From Candidatus Aenigmatarchaeota archaeon (GTDB lineage Archaea > Aenigmatarchaeota > Aenigmatarchaeia > GW2011-AR5): a stretch of DNA of 64,000 bases. The translations under genes were made by a program, and so were the position numbers. Positions within the stretch are counted from its first letter, which is position 1, and each line of letters opens with the position of its first letter. The stretch covers positions 128,001 through 192,000 of the forward strand of contig JACQID010000006.1 in NCBI GenBank assembly GCA_016198685.1, in the 5' to 3' direction. Below the pieces are notes generated by a model that saw only the letters and a list, made by a program, of their open reading frames with translations, was not told the DNA's origin and searched no databases. Positions 19,272 to 29,339 of the stretch are shown one piece after another.

Positions 19272-19293
19272 GTTACTATGTTACATAGTTGCA
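19271..19293. promoter_or_regulatory. palindromic operator-like site
   Basis: ACTATG-TTA-CATAGT core (19275-19289), imperfectly extended, abutting the regulator start codon. Confidence 0.45.
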
Positions 19294-19342
19294 CATATTT
19301 AAAGGCACGTTTCATAATCAGCAAGGTAATAGAGGTGAAACA

Positions 19343-19576
19343 ATGGAGGCACGTATAAGGCTGAGAGAGCTTAATCCGGTACCCAAAGGGTGGAAACCCA
19401 TAGCCACGGTTCGCGTACCGTATGGATGCACGGATTTTACAGACGAGTGCATGCAGATAGCGCGAAACAGGGGATACGAACTTCCGGTTGCATTTGGCAT
19501 TAGAATCAGCCATTCGATTCCAAGACCATATGCAGATGAACCGGATCAGAAAATAGTGCAATTTTATGCGCTTTGA
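19343..19576 (+). CDS. small hypothetical protein
   Basis: GAGGTGA RBS before ATG 19343, followed by a T-rich tract. Confidence 0.6.
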   Translation: MEARIRLRELNPVPKGWKPIATVRVPYGCTDFTDECMQIARNRGYELPVAFGIRISHSIPRPYADEPDQKIVQFYAL

Positions 19577-19632
19577 TTTTTTCCTTTTTTTGTCTTGCAA
19601 ACCAATAAAAGCCTTCCAATAGATGTGATTAG

Positions 19633-20709
19633 ATGGACATCGAACGCCGCATGGAACTGATCAAGCGCCCTCCGACAGAGGAAATAATCACAGAAGAAGA
19701 CCTGCGTTCGCTTCTGCAAACAAAGCAGAAGCCCATGGCGTATGACGGCTTTGAAACCAGCGGGCTCATGCACATAGGCAGCAGCGTGCTGCGTGCGATT
19801 AAGATAAACGACTTGCTTGAAGCAAAAGTTGATTTCACGCTTTGGATAGCTGACTGGTTCGCTTACATCAACAACAAAATGAAGGGCGATATGGAGCTCA
19901 TCAAGAAAACAGGTGAGTATTTCATAGAAGGATGGAAAGCATGCGGCGTTCCTGTCGAGAAGGTTCGCATCCTACGCACGAGCGATGCAGTTAAAGACCC
20001 TGATTATTGGAAGGGTGTCATCGATGTTGCCAAAGCAACGACACTACAAAGAACCCTGCGAGCCAGTCCCATAATGGGCCGGCAGGAAGCTGACATGAAA
20101 TATACATCACAGCTTTTCTATCCGATGATGCAGACATGGGATCCTTTTTACTTCAACGCAGACATACTCCAGTTAGGCATGGATCAGCGTCATGCAACCA
20201 TCTTGTCAAGGGAAGTTGCGCCAAAACTTGGAAGGCCAGTTCCTGTCTGCGTTCACCATCATTTGCTTGCCGGATTGCAAGGCTCGACCGGCAGGATGGG
20301 TCAGGAGACGGCAACGCTCATGGACGAAAAAATGAGCAAGTCAAAGCCCCAGACGGCAATATTCATCCATGACAGCAAGGAAGAAATAGAGGACAAGATA
20401 AAGAAGGCATACTGCCCTGAACGCTCGGCAGAAGGTAACCCTATCCTTGAAATGTGGAAATACATAATACTGAGAAATTTCAAATCAAGAACAATAGAAC
20501 GGCCTGCAAAATTCGGGGGGAACTTGGATATATATTCTTACGAGAATCTTGAGAGCATGTATTCTGAAGGTAAACTTCATCCAATGGACCTCAAGAAGGA
20601 AACTATTAATGCGATGGATGAAATCCTCTCTCCTGTAAGGAAGCATTTTGAAACGGGCAAAGCCAAGAAACTATATGAAACTGTCAAGACGGCGCATATC
20701 ACAAGATGA
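19633..20709 (+). CDS. tyrS: tyrosyl-tRNA synthetase (archaeal type)
   Basis: AYDGFETSGLMHIGS, YPMMQ..D, LGMDQR, KMSKS, LHPMDLK. Confidence 0.97.
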   Translation: MDIERRMELIKRPPTEEIITEEDLRSLLQTKQKPMAYDGFETSGLMHIGSSVLRAIKINDLLEAKVDFTLWIADWFAYINNKMKGDMELIKKTGEYFIEGWKACGVPVEKVRILRTSDAVKDPDYWKGVIDVAKATTLQRTLRASPIMGRQEADMKYTSQLFYPMMQTWDPFYFNADILQLGMDQRHATILSREVAPKLGRPVPVCVHHHLLAGLQGSTGRMGQETATLMDEKMSKSKPQTAIFIHDSKEEIEDKIKKAYCPERSAEGNPILEMWKYIILRNFKSRTIERPAKFGGNLDIYSYENLESMYSEGKLHPMDLKKETINAMDEILSPVRKHFETGKAKKLYETVKTAHITR

Positions 20710-21236
20710 TCGCAATAATTCTTCCCGGAAACGGCGGTCCTGACATTGACCGGAACTGGTACAAGAGCGTCAAGAAAGAGCTTGAGAGCTTAGGAATTCG
20801 CGTTGTTCTCCAAACCATGCCGGATCCGATTCTTGCGAGAAAAGAATTCTGGCTTCCTTTCATAGAGCATCATGCTTCACAGAAGCAAAAAGTCATACTG
20901 ATAGGTCATTCTTCCGGCGCAGTCGCGATACTGCGTTATCTGGAAACGCACAAGGCCGAAGGAGCGATTATAGCCGGCGCCTGCGTCACCGACCTTGGGG
21001 ACGATATGGAGAAAGCGAGCGGCTATTATGACAGCGCGTGGCAATGGGAAAGTATAAAGAAGAATACGGGATGGATAATCCAGTTCGCCTCCCGCGACGA
21101 CCCTTACATTCCGATAGAAGAGGAACGGTATATAAATGAAATGCTGAACACCGAGTATCATGAGTTTGAGGACAGAGGGCATTTCATGGATGATGATTTT
21201 CCTGAGCTTGTTCAAGAGCTAAGGAAAAAACTTTAG
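20706..21236 (+). CDS. RBBP9/YdeN-family alpha/beta hydrolase
   Basis: ILPGNGG, GHSSGA nucleophile elbow, SRDDPYIP, RGHF. Confidence 0.9.
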   Translation: MIAIILPGNGGPDIDRNWYKSVKKELESLGIRVVLQTMPDPILARKEFWLPFIEHHASQKQKVILIGHSSGAVAILRYLETHKAEGAIIAGACVTDLGDDMEKASGYYDSAWQWESIKKNTGWIIQFASRDDPYIPIEEERYINEMLNTEYHEFEDRGHFMDDDFPELVQELRKKL

Positions 21237-21547
21237 GGGAAACTCCATAGGTATCTCGCGTCTATTCTCCCGCCTTTGACAATCACACCATCCTGCGCCA
21301 ATAGCATAATCTTTTTTTCGATATTTGTTCCTTTCGTCTCGCCGGCATAGCCTCCAAGTGTACGGTCAGAACGGATAACCTTATAGCAGGGGCAGATATC
21401 TGTCCGTGGGTTTCTCTTCAATATCTGGCCCACTGCGCGTGGCGAAGTGCCAGCCGCACGGGCTAGTTCTTTGTATGTTACGACCTTTCCTTTCGGTATT
21501 TTTCGCAGTAGCAGAAGCGCCGGATGCAAGTTATTGAGAGGTACCAT
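21233..21547 (-). CDS. MGMT/Ogt-family DNA-binding-domain protein
   Basis: KIPKGKVVTYKELA, PRAVGQIL..NP, CPCYKVIRSD..LGGY. The start could extend to 21589. Confidence 0.88.
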   Translation of the reverse strand: MVPLNNLHPALLLLRKIPKGKVVTYKELARAAGTSPRAVGQILKRNPRTDICPCYKVIRSDRTLGGYAGETKGTNIEKKIMLLAQDGVIVKGGRIDARYLWSFP

Positions 21548-21597
21548 GAACGAATATTCGGCGTGTATTTTAAAACGTTTTCCATCCAAGGTCTTTC

Positions 21598-22104
21598 ATG
21601 AAGCATATTCTTGTCGTACTTGCCGTTCTTGCAGCGGCAGGTTGCATCACAGGGAATGCATTGGACGGGATTGGTGATACTATGGCAGTTGAAAAAGGAG
21701 ATCATATTTTCGTCGATTATACAGGAACGCTGGGCGACGGCACGGTCTTCGATTCCTCCGAAGGGAAGGAACCGCTTGAGTTTGACGCAGGCGCGGGCCA
21801 GATGATAAAGGGCTTCGATGATGCGGTCATAGGAATGAAGAAGGGTGAAACAAAGAGCGTGACGATTGCCGCGAAGGACGCTTACGGTGAGCGAAGTGAG
21901 GATAACGTAATCGGCGTTTCGCTGACGAAGATAAGAGACGCAGGCATAATAGACCCGAAAGTCGGAGACGTGCTTTCTATGAGCGGACAGCCCGTGAAGA
22001 TAGTTTCCATTGACGGCGGCATAGTAAGAGTGGATGCGAATCATCCGTTGGCCGGAAAAGACCTGACCTTTAAAATAAAGGTCGTTGACATAAGGAAGAA
22101 GTGA
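21598..22104 (+). CDS. FKBP-type peptidyl-prolyl isomerase with lipoprotein-like signal
   Basis: VDYTGTLGDGTVFDSS, MIKGFDDA, DANHPLAGKDLTF; N-terminal LAAAGC lipobox. Confidence 0.93.
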   Translation: MKHILVVLAVLAAAGCITGNALDGIGDTMAVEKGDHIFVDYTGTLGDGTVFDSSEGKEPLEFDAGAGQMIKGFDDAVIGMKKGETKSVTIAAKDAYGERSEDNVIGVSLTKIRDAGIIDPKVGDVLSMSGQPVKIVSIDGGIVRVDANHPLAGKDLTFKIKVVDIRKK

Positions 22105-22575
22105 CTACTTTAGCTGCAAAATATGCGATTCTTTGGATTCGTAAAAGCAGAATAATGTGAGAGTCCTTTCCACTTCCGGCATGTTCCATAGCGTATCCAC
22201 GACCCATTTTCCTATCTCCTTTTCGCTCTTTCCCCTTACCTTTATCAACGCGTCATATTCTCCGGTGACGAGATAAGCTTCCTGAACTTCCGGCAATTTT
22301 GCCAATGCCTGGCCTATGTGTTCGGATTTCATTTTGCCGTCTTTTCTTACATATCTTTTCACCAGTACCATAGCCACGGTAGGCAGGCCGATCTTCTCCG
22401 GGTCCAGTATGGCGGAGAACCCTTTTATCAAGCCCCGGTTTCTCATGCGCGTGATCCTCTGATACACAGTAGTGGCGGGCATGCCCAATTTCCTGCCCAA
22501 AGTCCTTGTGGACTGGCGGCAGTTTTTTTGAAGCTCGGCCAAGATATCCTTATCCTTCTTGTCCAATTCGTACAT
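22105..22575 (-). CDS. Lrp/AsnC transcriptional regulator
   Basis: LDKKDKDILAELQKNCR, DPEKIGL, VTGEYD. Confidence 0.95.
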   Translation of the reverse strand: MYELDKKDKDILAELQKNCRQSTRTLGRKLGMPATTVYQRITRMRNRGLIKGFSAILDPEKIGLPTVAMVLVKRYVRKDGKMKSEHIGQALAKLPEVQEAYLVTGEYDALIKVRGKSEKEIGKWVVDTLWNMPEVERTLTLFCFYESKESHILQLK

Positions 22576-22700
22576 TATTTTACCCTTAATTGCGTATATT
22601 GTCCATATTTTTTAATCAAATTATTTATATTGTATGTTTAAATGTTCATAGGCACGAAGAAATTTATCATTCCTTCTGCAAATATGCCGGGTGATAGAAT

Positions 22701-23397
22701 ATGATACCGGTTCTCATGAACTACAGGAATACGGGAAACAGGAAAATTCTGGTCTCGGATTGCGAGGGAACGCTGACGAGAAAGGAATTCATGGAGGAGC
22801 TCGGCAGGTACGCTACCGGTGAGTGCCTTTCTGGACGGCCGTAAAATTGCGATAGGGGGCTATATGCGGGAGATAACCCGTCGTGGCATGACGGGCGAGA
22901 TGCCATTCGCCGATTCCCTGAATGCAAGAGCGAGGGCCATGGGCGAACGGATGACGCTTGCGGAAATGGAAGACATATGCGGCAACGTGAAACCAAGAGG
23001 GGGACTGGGATATGCATTGGACGTCCTCACCCGCGAAGGCTACGATCTGGCGGTCGTCAGCGGCGGCATATATCCTTTAGTGGAAGCGTTTACGCAGAGC
23101 AACGGCATTCAGGCGGATTACATGGCAGCATCGGGAATTACAAGGCTTGCGGGAAGAATATCCGGAGTGATGCCCCTTACCGATAAAAGAGAGGTTGTAA
23201 ATCATTTCAGGAATATCGGATATCAGTACATAGCCGCTATGGGCGACGGGGCAAACGATCGCAGCATGAAGGCCGCCGCCGACCTGTTTGTCTGGATCGA
23301 ACCAAAACCGGGCATGGTCGAAACGGGGGACATGGTGCTCTCAGGTAATGATTTAAGTCTGCTGCCTGATATCCTATTAAATTACAGGAGAAAGTGA
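22701..23397 (+). pseudogene. SerB-like HAD phosphatase split by a frameshift near 22810-22855
   Basis: Frame 1 from ATG 22701 carries motif I (ILVSDCEGTLT) and stops at 22844. The +1 frame carries EITRRGMTGEMPFADSL, VSGG and MGDGANDRSM. Confidence 0.75.
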
Positions 23398-23401
23398 TGC
23401 C

Positions 23402-24682
23402 ATGCTTGACATAAAGATGATACGCGAGAAGCCTTCGGAAGTAAGAAAAAATCTTGAACGAAGGCATGACCCGTCGATACTTGCGCGGCTGGATGAAGCG
23501 ATCAAGGCAGATGCCGAGAGAAGAGACGTGATAAAGCAAGTCGAAGCCCTGAAGAAAAAACGGAATGAAATAACCAAGGAGGTTTCTTCTCTCAAGGCAA
23601 AGGGCAATGACGCCAAGAAGGAACTCAAGGACGCCGGAGAAGTTGCGGCTAAAATATCAAAGCTTGACATTGAACAGGCGAAGCTGGACGAAAAAACAAA
23701 GCTTCTGCTTATGGGGATACCGAATCTCTTGCACGAATCGGTGCCCGAAGGAAAAGACGATACGGACAATGCGGTCGTCAAGACGGCCGGCGGCACGCTT
23801 GGTTTCACGTTCAAGCCCAAGAACCATCTGGAAATCGCGCTTGCGCTGGGACTGATAGACGAGGAGCGGGCGTCAAAGGTTTCCGGTACCGGATTCTTTT
23901 ATCTTAAGGAAGAGCTTGCCATACTTGACATGGCAATAGTCCGTTATACGATTGATTTTCTTCGAAAAAGAGGGCTCAAACTCATAGAGCCGCCTTTCAT
24001 GATGAGAAAGAAGGCCTATGAAGGTGTCGTTTCATTGGAAGACTTTGAAAACGTGATGTACAAGATAGAAGACGAAGACCTGTACATGATTGCAACGTCC
24101 GAGCATCCTATAGGCGCCATGCTGGGCGATGAAATAGTGCTTGAGAAAGACCTTCCGATGAAATTTGTCGGCGTCTCGCCCTGTTTCCGTAAAGAGATAG
24201 GAGCGCACGGGAAATATACCAAGGGAATATTCCGTGTTCACCAGTTCAATAAGGTAGAGCAGTTCGTTTTTTCAAGACCTGAAGACTCGTGGAAATTACA
24301 CGAGGAACTGCAGAAGAATTCGGAGGAGCTTTTGGAAAGCCTTGGCATAAAGTTCCGCGTTGTGAATGTATGCACTGGAGACATAGGGAGCATTGCTGCC
24401 AAGAAATATGATATTGAATTTCTTATGGCAGACGGGAATTACCGCGAAATCGGCTCGAATTCCAATTGCACGGATTACCAAGCCCGCAGGCTGGGAATAC
24501 GATACAAGGAAAAAGAAGGCATGGCTGTGAAAGGCTTCGTGCATACATTGAACAACACAGCCGCAGCGACAAGCCGCGTGATGGTCGCTATTCTTGAGCA
24601 GTTCCAGCAGGCGGACGGGTCGGTGGCGATACCGGCAGTTTTGCAGCCGTATTGCGGGTTCGCGGAAATGAAGAGAAAATAG
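23402..24682 (+). CDS. serS: seryl-tRNA synthetase (type 1)
   Basis: MLDIKMIRE, IATSEHP, CFRKEIG, FRVHQFNKVEQF, SNCTDYQARRL, HTLNNT. Confidence 0.98.
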   Translation: MLDIKMIREKPSEVRKNLERRHDPSILARLDEAIKADAERRDVIKQVEALKKKRNEITKEVSSLKAKGNDAKKELKDAGEVAAKISKLDIEQAKLDEKTKLLLMGIPNLLHESVPEGKDDTDNAVVKTAGGTLGFTFKPKNHLEIALALGLIDEERASKVSGTGFFYLKEELAILDMAIVRYTIDFLRKRGLKLIEPPFMMRKKAYEGVVSLEDFENVMYKIEDEDLYMIATSEHPIGAMLGDEIVLEKDLPMKFVGVSPCFRKEIGAHGKYTKGIFRVHQFNKVEQFVFSRPEDSWKLHEELQKNSEELLESLGIKFRVVNVCTGDIGSIAAKKYDIEFLMADGNYREIGSNSNCTDYQARRLGIRYKEKEGMAVKGFVHTLNNTAAATSRVMVAILEQFQQADGSVAIPAVLQPYCGFAEMKRK

Positions 24683-24734
24683 TAACTATTAATTAGTAGT
24701 AAATCTTTAAATATTCTGCCTGCCAATTAAATAG

Positions 24735-25382
24735 ATGGCATTCGTGTTCGGTCGGAAAAAGCTTCAGCCGCATTTCAATATTTTGACGCAGGCAGAATAT
24801 GCGGAGAATCTGGAAGAGGCACTGGCCAATCCCCATCAATATGAGGACCGTTCGTCAGGGTATATGCTGACGGAGCTTGGTTTGTGGGTCGCGGAAAGAT
24901 TCAAGGACAAGCCTGTCATAGACCTTGCGTGCGGCAGCCCAAAATCCGTGAAAAGGATGTACAGGTTGGCGTCGGTGGCAGGAACGAGTGACTACCTCGG
25001 AACGGATATTCTGGCAACGGGCAGGGGCGCGTACAAATCCGCGGTAGAAGGCGTAAAAGAAGGGATGCCGATGGAGAATTACCCGCGCTGGGATGTGTCG
25101 GACAAGGATATGCTACTTTTCCTGAAAGGACTGGCCAGAAACCTGAAAGGGAACGTATTATTCAACGGCATTGATGACGCGATAATCAGGAGGGACGATG
25201 CCGGCATAAGATACATGGACGAAGTATATTTGCAGATAAAGCGGCATCTTGCAGACGGCGGCATCGTGATAGGTTCCGGAGATTTGCACGGCTGGTTGGG
25301 ACGGTTCGCAGAGCATGAGTTTGAAAGGGTTGAGGATAACGGCCCTTACAGGAACAGCATAGGCATATTCATGGCGAAATAG
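24735..25382 (+). CDS. hypothetical protein with a SAM-binding-like motif
   Basis: VIDLACGS and YLGTDIL resemble class I methyltransferase motifs I/II. Confidence 0.55.
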   Translation: MAFVFGRKKLQPHFNILTQAEYAENLEEALANPHQYEDRSSGYMLTELGLWVAERFKDKPVIDLACGSPKSVKRMYRLASVAGTSDYLGTDILATGRGAYKSAVEGVKEGMPMENYPRWDVSDKDMLLFLKGLARNLKGNVLFNGIDDAIIRRDDAGIRYMDEVYLQIKRHLADGGIVIGSGDLHGWLGRFAEHEFERVEDNGPYRNSIGIFMAK

Positions 25383-25455
25383 AGCGGCATCGATATAGTG
25401 CGGCAAATGATTCTATTTATTTAAACATATACTATATTATTATCATTTGAAATAT

Positions 25456-27648
25456 ATGGCGCACACTCTCATCATTTGCGAGAAACCGACGGCTTCCAAG
25501 AGCATTGCCGAGGCTCTTGCAGAAGGCAAACCTAAAAAAATGTTTGAAGAAGGAAGCAAGGCAGTCTGGTACGAATTCCAGAGAGACGGCAAAAAATTTG
25601 TTACCGTCCCTGCAGTCGGCCATCTTTTTACGTTAAAGCAAATAGGCAAAGGATGGGAATACCCGAATTTTGACGTTGAATGGGTTCCTTCATTCAAGGC
25701 AAACCAGATGGCTGCATTCTCAGAGCCTTACTTCAGGAATATAGAGAAATTGGCATCTGATGCGGGCGATGTTATTGTAGCAACTGACTATGACGACGAA
25801 GGAGAGGTCATAGGTTTCAACATTCTCAATCTCATGCTTGGCAGAAAAGATGCTGCACGAATGAAATTCTCCACAATGACGAAGGCCGAGCTTGTTGACA
25901 GCTACCTTCACGCGGAAAAACATCTCAATAAAAATCTCATAGAGGCGGGGATGGCGCGTCATTATCTTGATTGGTACTATGGCATAAACCTAACGCGCGC
26001 CCTTACGAACGCAATAAAAAAGAGCGCCAAGCGATTCAGGATTCTATCAACAGGACGCGTTCAGGGGCCAACCCTCCACCTTTTGGCATCGCATGAAAAA
26101 ACGATAAAACTATTCAAATCAACGCCTTTTTGGCTCATACAACTTAATGTGAAGATAGGCAAAGAAACGCTTCTTGCGGACTACGCCGAAGACAAGATAT
26201 GGGAAAAAGCCAAGGCAGAAAGCGTTATGAAGAAAGCCTCTGCCAAGAAAGCAGTTGTAACGGATGTAGAAAAAAAGCTGGTGACACAGGCACCGCCCAA
26301 GCCTTACAACACTACATCATTCCTTAGCGATATTTACAGGTATTTCGGGTATTCACCCCAGCAAGGCTTGAATATAGCCGAGACGCTTTATCAGGCAGGA
26401 TACATATCTTATCCCAGAACTTCCTCGGAAAAACTGCCCCCTGACATAAATTATAAAAAAATTATCAGCGCCCTTGGCAAACAGAAAGACTATTCAAAGG
26501 GAGCAGAAGTCCTTCTTAAAAAAGAACTCAAACCTCATGAAGGTGCGCGTACGGATCCGGCTCATCCGGCAATCTATCCTACAGGCGAGATTCCGTCAAA
26601 AGCGGGCGACAAACAGAAGAAAGTTTATGATCTTCTAGTAAGAAGATTCATGGCGTGCTTTGGCGATCCTGCTAAAAGAGAAAGCCAGAAAATTATCCTT
26701 GATGTAAATGGCGAGGAGTTTCTCATTCACGGAAAGAAGACCATAGAGAAAGGCTGGCTTTCGCTTTATGGAAAATACGCCCAGCGTGAGGATCAGGCAT
26801 TGCCTGATGTGAAAAAAGATGATTCGTTGGAGATAGTAAGCGTAGATATGCTTGACAAAGAAACGCAGCCTCCTGCCAGGTACTCGCAGGGTTCTGTACT
26901 AAAGGAAATGGAAGAGAAAAATCTCGGAACGAAAGCAACCCGAGCGCAGATCCTTCAGATACTTTACAATCGTGGTTATGTCATAGGGAAGAGCATAGAA
27001 GTCACAGAACTTGGCCAGCAGCTTTCTGATATACTTGAGAAGAATGTGCCCGATGTCGTCTCGGAGAAACTTACCGGCATGTTTGATCAGATGACAGAAA
27101 ATATTGAACTTGGCAAAGAAAAGCGTGAGCACGTGCTTAAGGAAGCCCAGAAGGAACTATCGAAAATATCATCCGAGTTCAAGAAAAAGGAAATGAAAAT
27201 AGGAGAGGAACTCACAAAAGCAGTCATCGCGACACAGGACAAGCAATCGATACTTGGGACATGCAAGGAATGCCACGGCACCCTTAAAGTTCACAAGCTC
27301 TGGAGAACGGGCAAACGTTTTGTCGGTTGCACGGGCTACAAGAACGGATGCCGTGTTGGATTCCCGCTGCCCAGGGAAGGCACGATAATGAATACCGAGA
27401 AAATATGCGAGGAATGCAAAACGCCGATAATACAGGTATATTCACAGGGGAGAAGGCCGTTTAGAATGTGCCTTGACATAAACTGCGTAACGAAGAAGGA
27501 TTGGCTGGATAAAAACAAACTCAAGAAGGCCAAGCAGGAAAGCATAGCGGCTTCCCGGGAAGCCGAGAAATTGAAGTGTTCGTGTACCAAAAGCTTCAAA
27601 AGTAATAGAGCCCTTAGTATGCATAGAAAAAAGGAGGGTCATGAATGA
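25456..27648 (+). CDS. topA: DNA topoisomerase IA
   Basis: LIICEKP, VATDYDDEGE, STGRVQGP, ISYPRT, GTKATR; C-terminal Zn ribbons. Confidence 0.97.
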   Translation: MAHTLIICEKPTASKSIAEALAEGKPKKMFEEGSKAVWYEFQRDGKKFVTVPAVGHLFTLKQIGKGWEYPNFDVEWVPSFKANQMAAFSEPYFRNIEKLASDAGDVIVATDYDDEGEVIGFNILNLMLGRKDAARMKFSTMTKAELVDSYLHAEKHLNKNLIEAGMARHYLDWYYGINLTRALTNAIKKSAKRFRILSTGRVQGPTLHLLASHEKTIKLFKSTPFWLIQLNVKIGKETLLADYAEDKIWEKAKAESVMKKASAKKAVVTDVEKKLVTQAPPKPYNTTSFLSDIYRYFGYSPQQGLNIAETLYQAGYISYPRTSSEKLPPDINYKKIISALGKQKDYSKGAEVLLKKELKPHEGARTDPAHPAIYPTGEIPSKAGDKQKKVYDLLVRRFMACFGDPAKRESQKIILDVNGEEFLIHGKKTIEKGWLSLYGKYAQREDQALPDVKKDDSLEIVSVDMLDKETQPPARYSQGSVLKEMEEKNLGTKATRAQILQILYNRGYVIGKSIEVTELGQQLSDILEKNVPDVVSEKLTGMFDQMTENIELGKEKREHVLKEAQKELSKISSEFKKKEMKIGEELTKAVIATQDKQSILGTCKECHGTLKVHKLWRTGKRFVGCTGYKNGCRVGFPLPREGTIMNTEKICEECKTPIIQVYSQGRRPFRMCLDINCVTKKDWLDKNKLKKAKQESIAASREAEKLKCSCTKSFKSNRALSMHRKKEGHE

Positions 27649-28235
27649 GATGCGCTGCACTCGTAATAGCGTGCCTTCTTGCTGCAGGATGCGTACAACC
27701 GAATTTAGAATATAATGGATACGATTTTGCAAAATATGGCCAGAACGGCATAAGTGCTACGGGAGACAAAGTCGTGTATTTTAATCCTTCTAATCTGCCT
27801 GAAAATGCTCTTCCTGCCGATTACATATTTTTCAGCTACGATGACTGCGACAAGTCCGCTGCCGAGCAATTGAAGCATAACGAGACCCGCATCATGGGAC
27901 CCTTCAATTGCGTTTTGGGCATGGCAGGCGGTATTTACTCCATGGAGCCTAACGAAAGAATGACATTCGATTTTGGCGAGATGGTAATAGAATCATCTTC
28001 TGCAATAAAGGATAACAAGCAGGGAAACGGCTATCTTGTGACGTTTGACGGAATGAGCCTTTATTATAACGACGGAGACAGGGTGAGCGCAGTAGACTCG
28101 AACGTTGATATAGCATTCCTCACTTATGGCGGCGCGGCGAATACAATACATCCAAAAATAGCAGTTCCATTAGCCAATGGCGCAGAATTTGAGTCTGCGC
28201 TTGAAGGTACAGGCATAGAAGTACGCGCAATCTGA
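27645..28235 (+). CDS. lipoprotein with a degenerate MBL (UlaG-like) fold
   Basis: LLAAGC lipobox; GYLVTFDGMSLYYNDGD, VDIAFL, IHPKIAVP; the HxHxDH motif is replaced by SYDDCD. Confidence 0.55.
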   Translation: MRCAALVIACLLAAGCVQPNLEYNGYDFAKYGQNGISATGDKVVYFNPSNLPENALPADYIFFSYDDCDKSAAEQLKHNETRIMGPFNCVLGMAGGIYSMEPNERMTFDFGEMVIESSSAIKDNKQGNGYLVTFDGMSLYYNDGDRVSAVDSNVDIAFLTYGGAANTIHPKIAVPLANGAEFESALEGTGIEVRAI

Positions 28236-28291
28236 TTTTCAGCCGGGAAATAATTTGCGCAAAGGGTGCTATTAATAAGTTTTTTGACGAT

Positions 28292-29197
28292 ATGATTTTC
28301 ATGTGGGACAGGAACAGTCTTGTATCTGTGACGCAACTTTCCCGTTCCGACATCGAAGAAATATTATCCGTTGCTTCTTCGTTTGTGAGGGAGCCACGGG
28401 AGTTATGCAAAGGCAAGATACTTGCTAATATATTTTTCGAGCCTTCGACAAGGACTGAGAAAAGTTTTCAGTCAGCAATGTACCGTCTGGGCGGCCAAGT
28501 GCTAACACATAAGGATGCAGGATCTTCCAGAGAAAAAGGCGAAACAAAGGAAGACACCATAAGGATACTTGCGGGTTACGCTGACATAGCAGTCATACGC
28601 GATGATGAAGAGGGGCAAATCATGCGGTATGCCGCGCTTGCCGGCGTGCCGGCGATCAATGCCGGCGACGGCTCGAATGAGCATCCAACGCAATCACTGC
28701 TTGATGCGTTTACAATAATGCAGGAGCATGGAAGGCTGGAAAATCTGAGAATTGCATTTCTCGGCGACCTGAAATACGGAAGGACCGTGCATTCATTGAT
28801 GAAAGTTCTTTCGCTCTTTCCCGGAAATGAGATGTATTCAATAACCCCATCTTCATTGACTCTCCCTGCGGAAATGCGATTTATCGAGGCAGGTCATTAT
28901 GATGTTGAAAACATGGAAAAGGCGCTGAACGAAATAAAGCCCGATGTTGTATATTGTACGCGCGTTCAGAAAGAGCGTCTTAAAGGCGAGAAAGGAAGTT
29001 ATATTATGCATCGTGAAATACTTGAGGCTCTGCCGACAACCTGCCGTGTACTTCATCCATTGCCAAGGTCAAATGAAATAAACGCTGACATGGACTCGGA
29101 TCCAAGAGTAATACCTTTCAAGCAGGCTAGAAACGGAGTTCCGGTAAGAATGGCAGTGATTTCCATGATGCTAAAAGCCAAGAAGGAACTTGAATAG
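28292..29197 (+). CDS. pyrB: aspartate carbamoyltransferase catalytic subunit
   Basis: FFEPSTRT, INAGDGSNEHPTQSLLD, GDLKYGRTVHSL, RVQKER, HPLPR. Confidence 0.98.
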   Translation: MIFMWDRNSLVSVTQLSRSDIEEILSVASSFVREPRELCKGKILANIFFEPSTRTEKSFQSAMYRLGGQVLTHKDAGSSREKGETKEDTIRILAGYADIAVIRDDEEGQIMRYAALAGVPAINAGDGSNEHPTQSLLDAFTIMQEHGRLENLRIAFLGDLKYGRTVHSLMKVLSLFPGNEMYSITPSSLTLPAEMRFIEAGHYDVENMEKALNEIKPDVVYCTRVQKERLKGEKGSYIMHREILEALPTTCRVLHPLPRSNEINADMDSDPRVIPFKQARNGVPVRMAVISMMLKAKKELE

Positions 29198-29275
29198 CAG
29201 ACCAAGCAGCATCGCGCTGCCTCCGATCACCGTTATCACGCTTAATATGAGAAACGCGTTCATGTATTCGTGCAT
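29171..29275 (-). CDS. possible 34-aa membrane peptide
   Basis: MHEYMNAFLILSVITVIGGSAMLLGLLFKFLLGF*; a single hydrophobic helix downstream of radB. Confidence 0.35.
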   Translation of the reverse strand: MHEYMNAFLILSVITVIGGSAMLLGLLFKFLLGF

Positions 29276-29339
29276 TTTACATCAAGCAGTTCTAAGACCT
29301 TAAAAATATTTAACAGTTTGCTTATTCCTGAGTTCCTAT

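Noticed and set aside
22823-22843. Canonical BHB intron explaining the SerB frameshift
   Set aside because: The best BHB removes 21 nt and leaves the wrong frame; frame-restoring lengths had no full 4-bp central helix.
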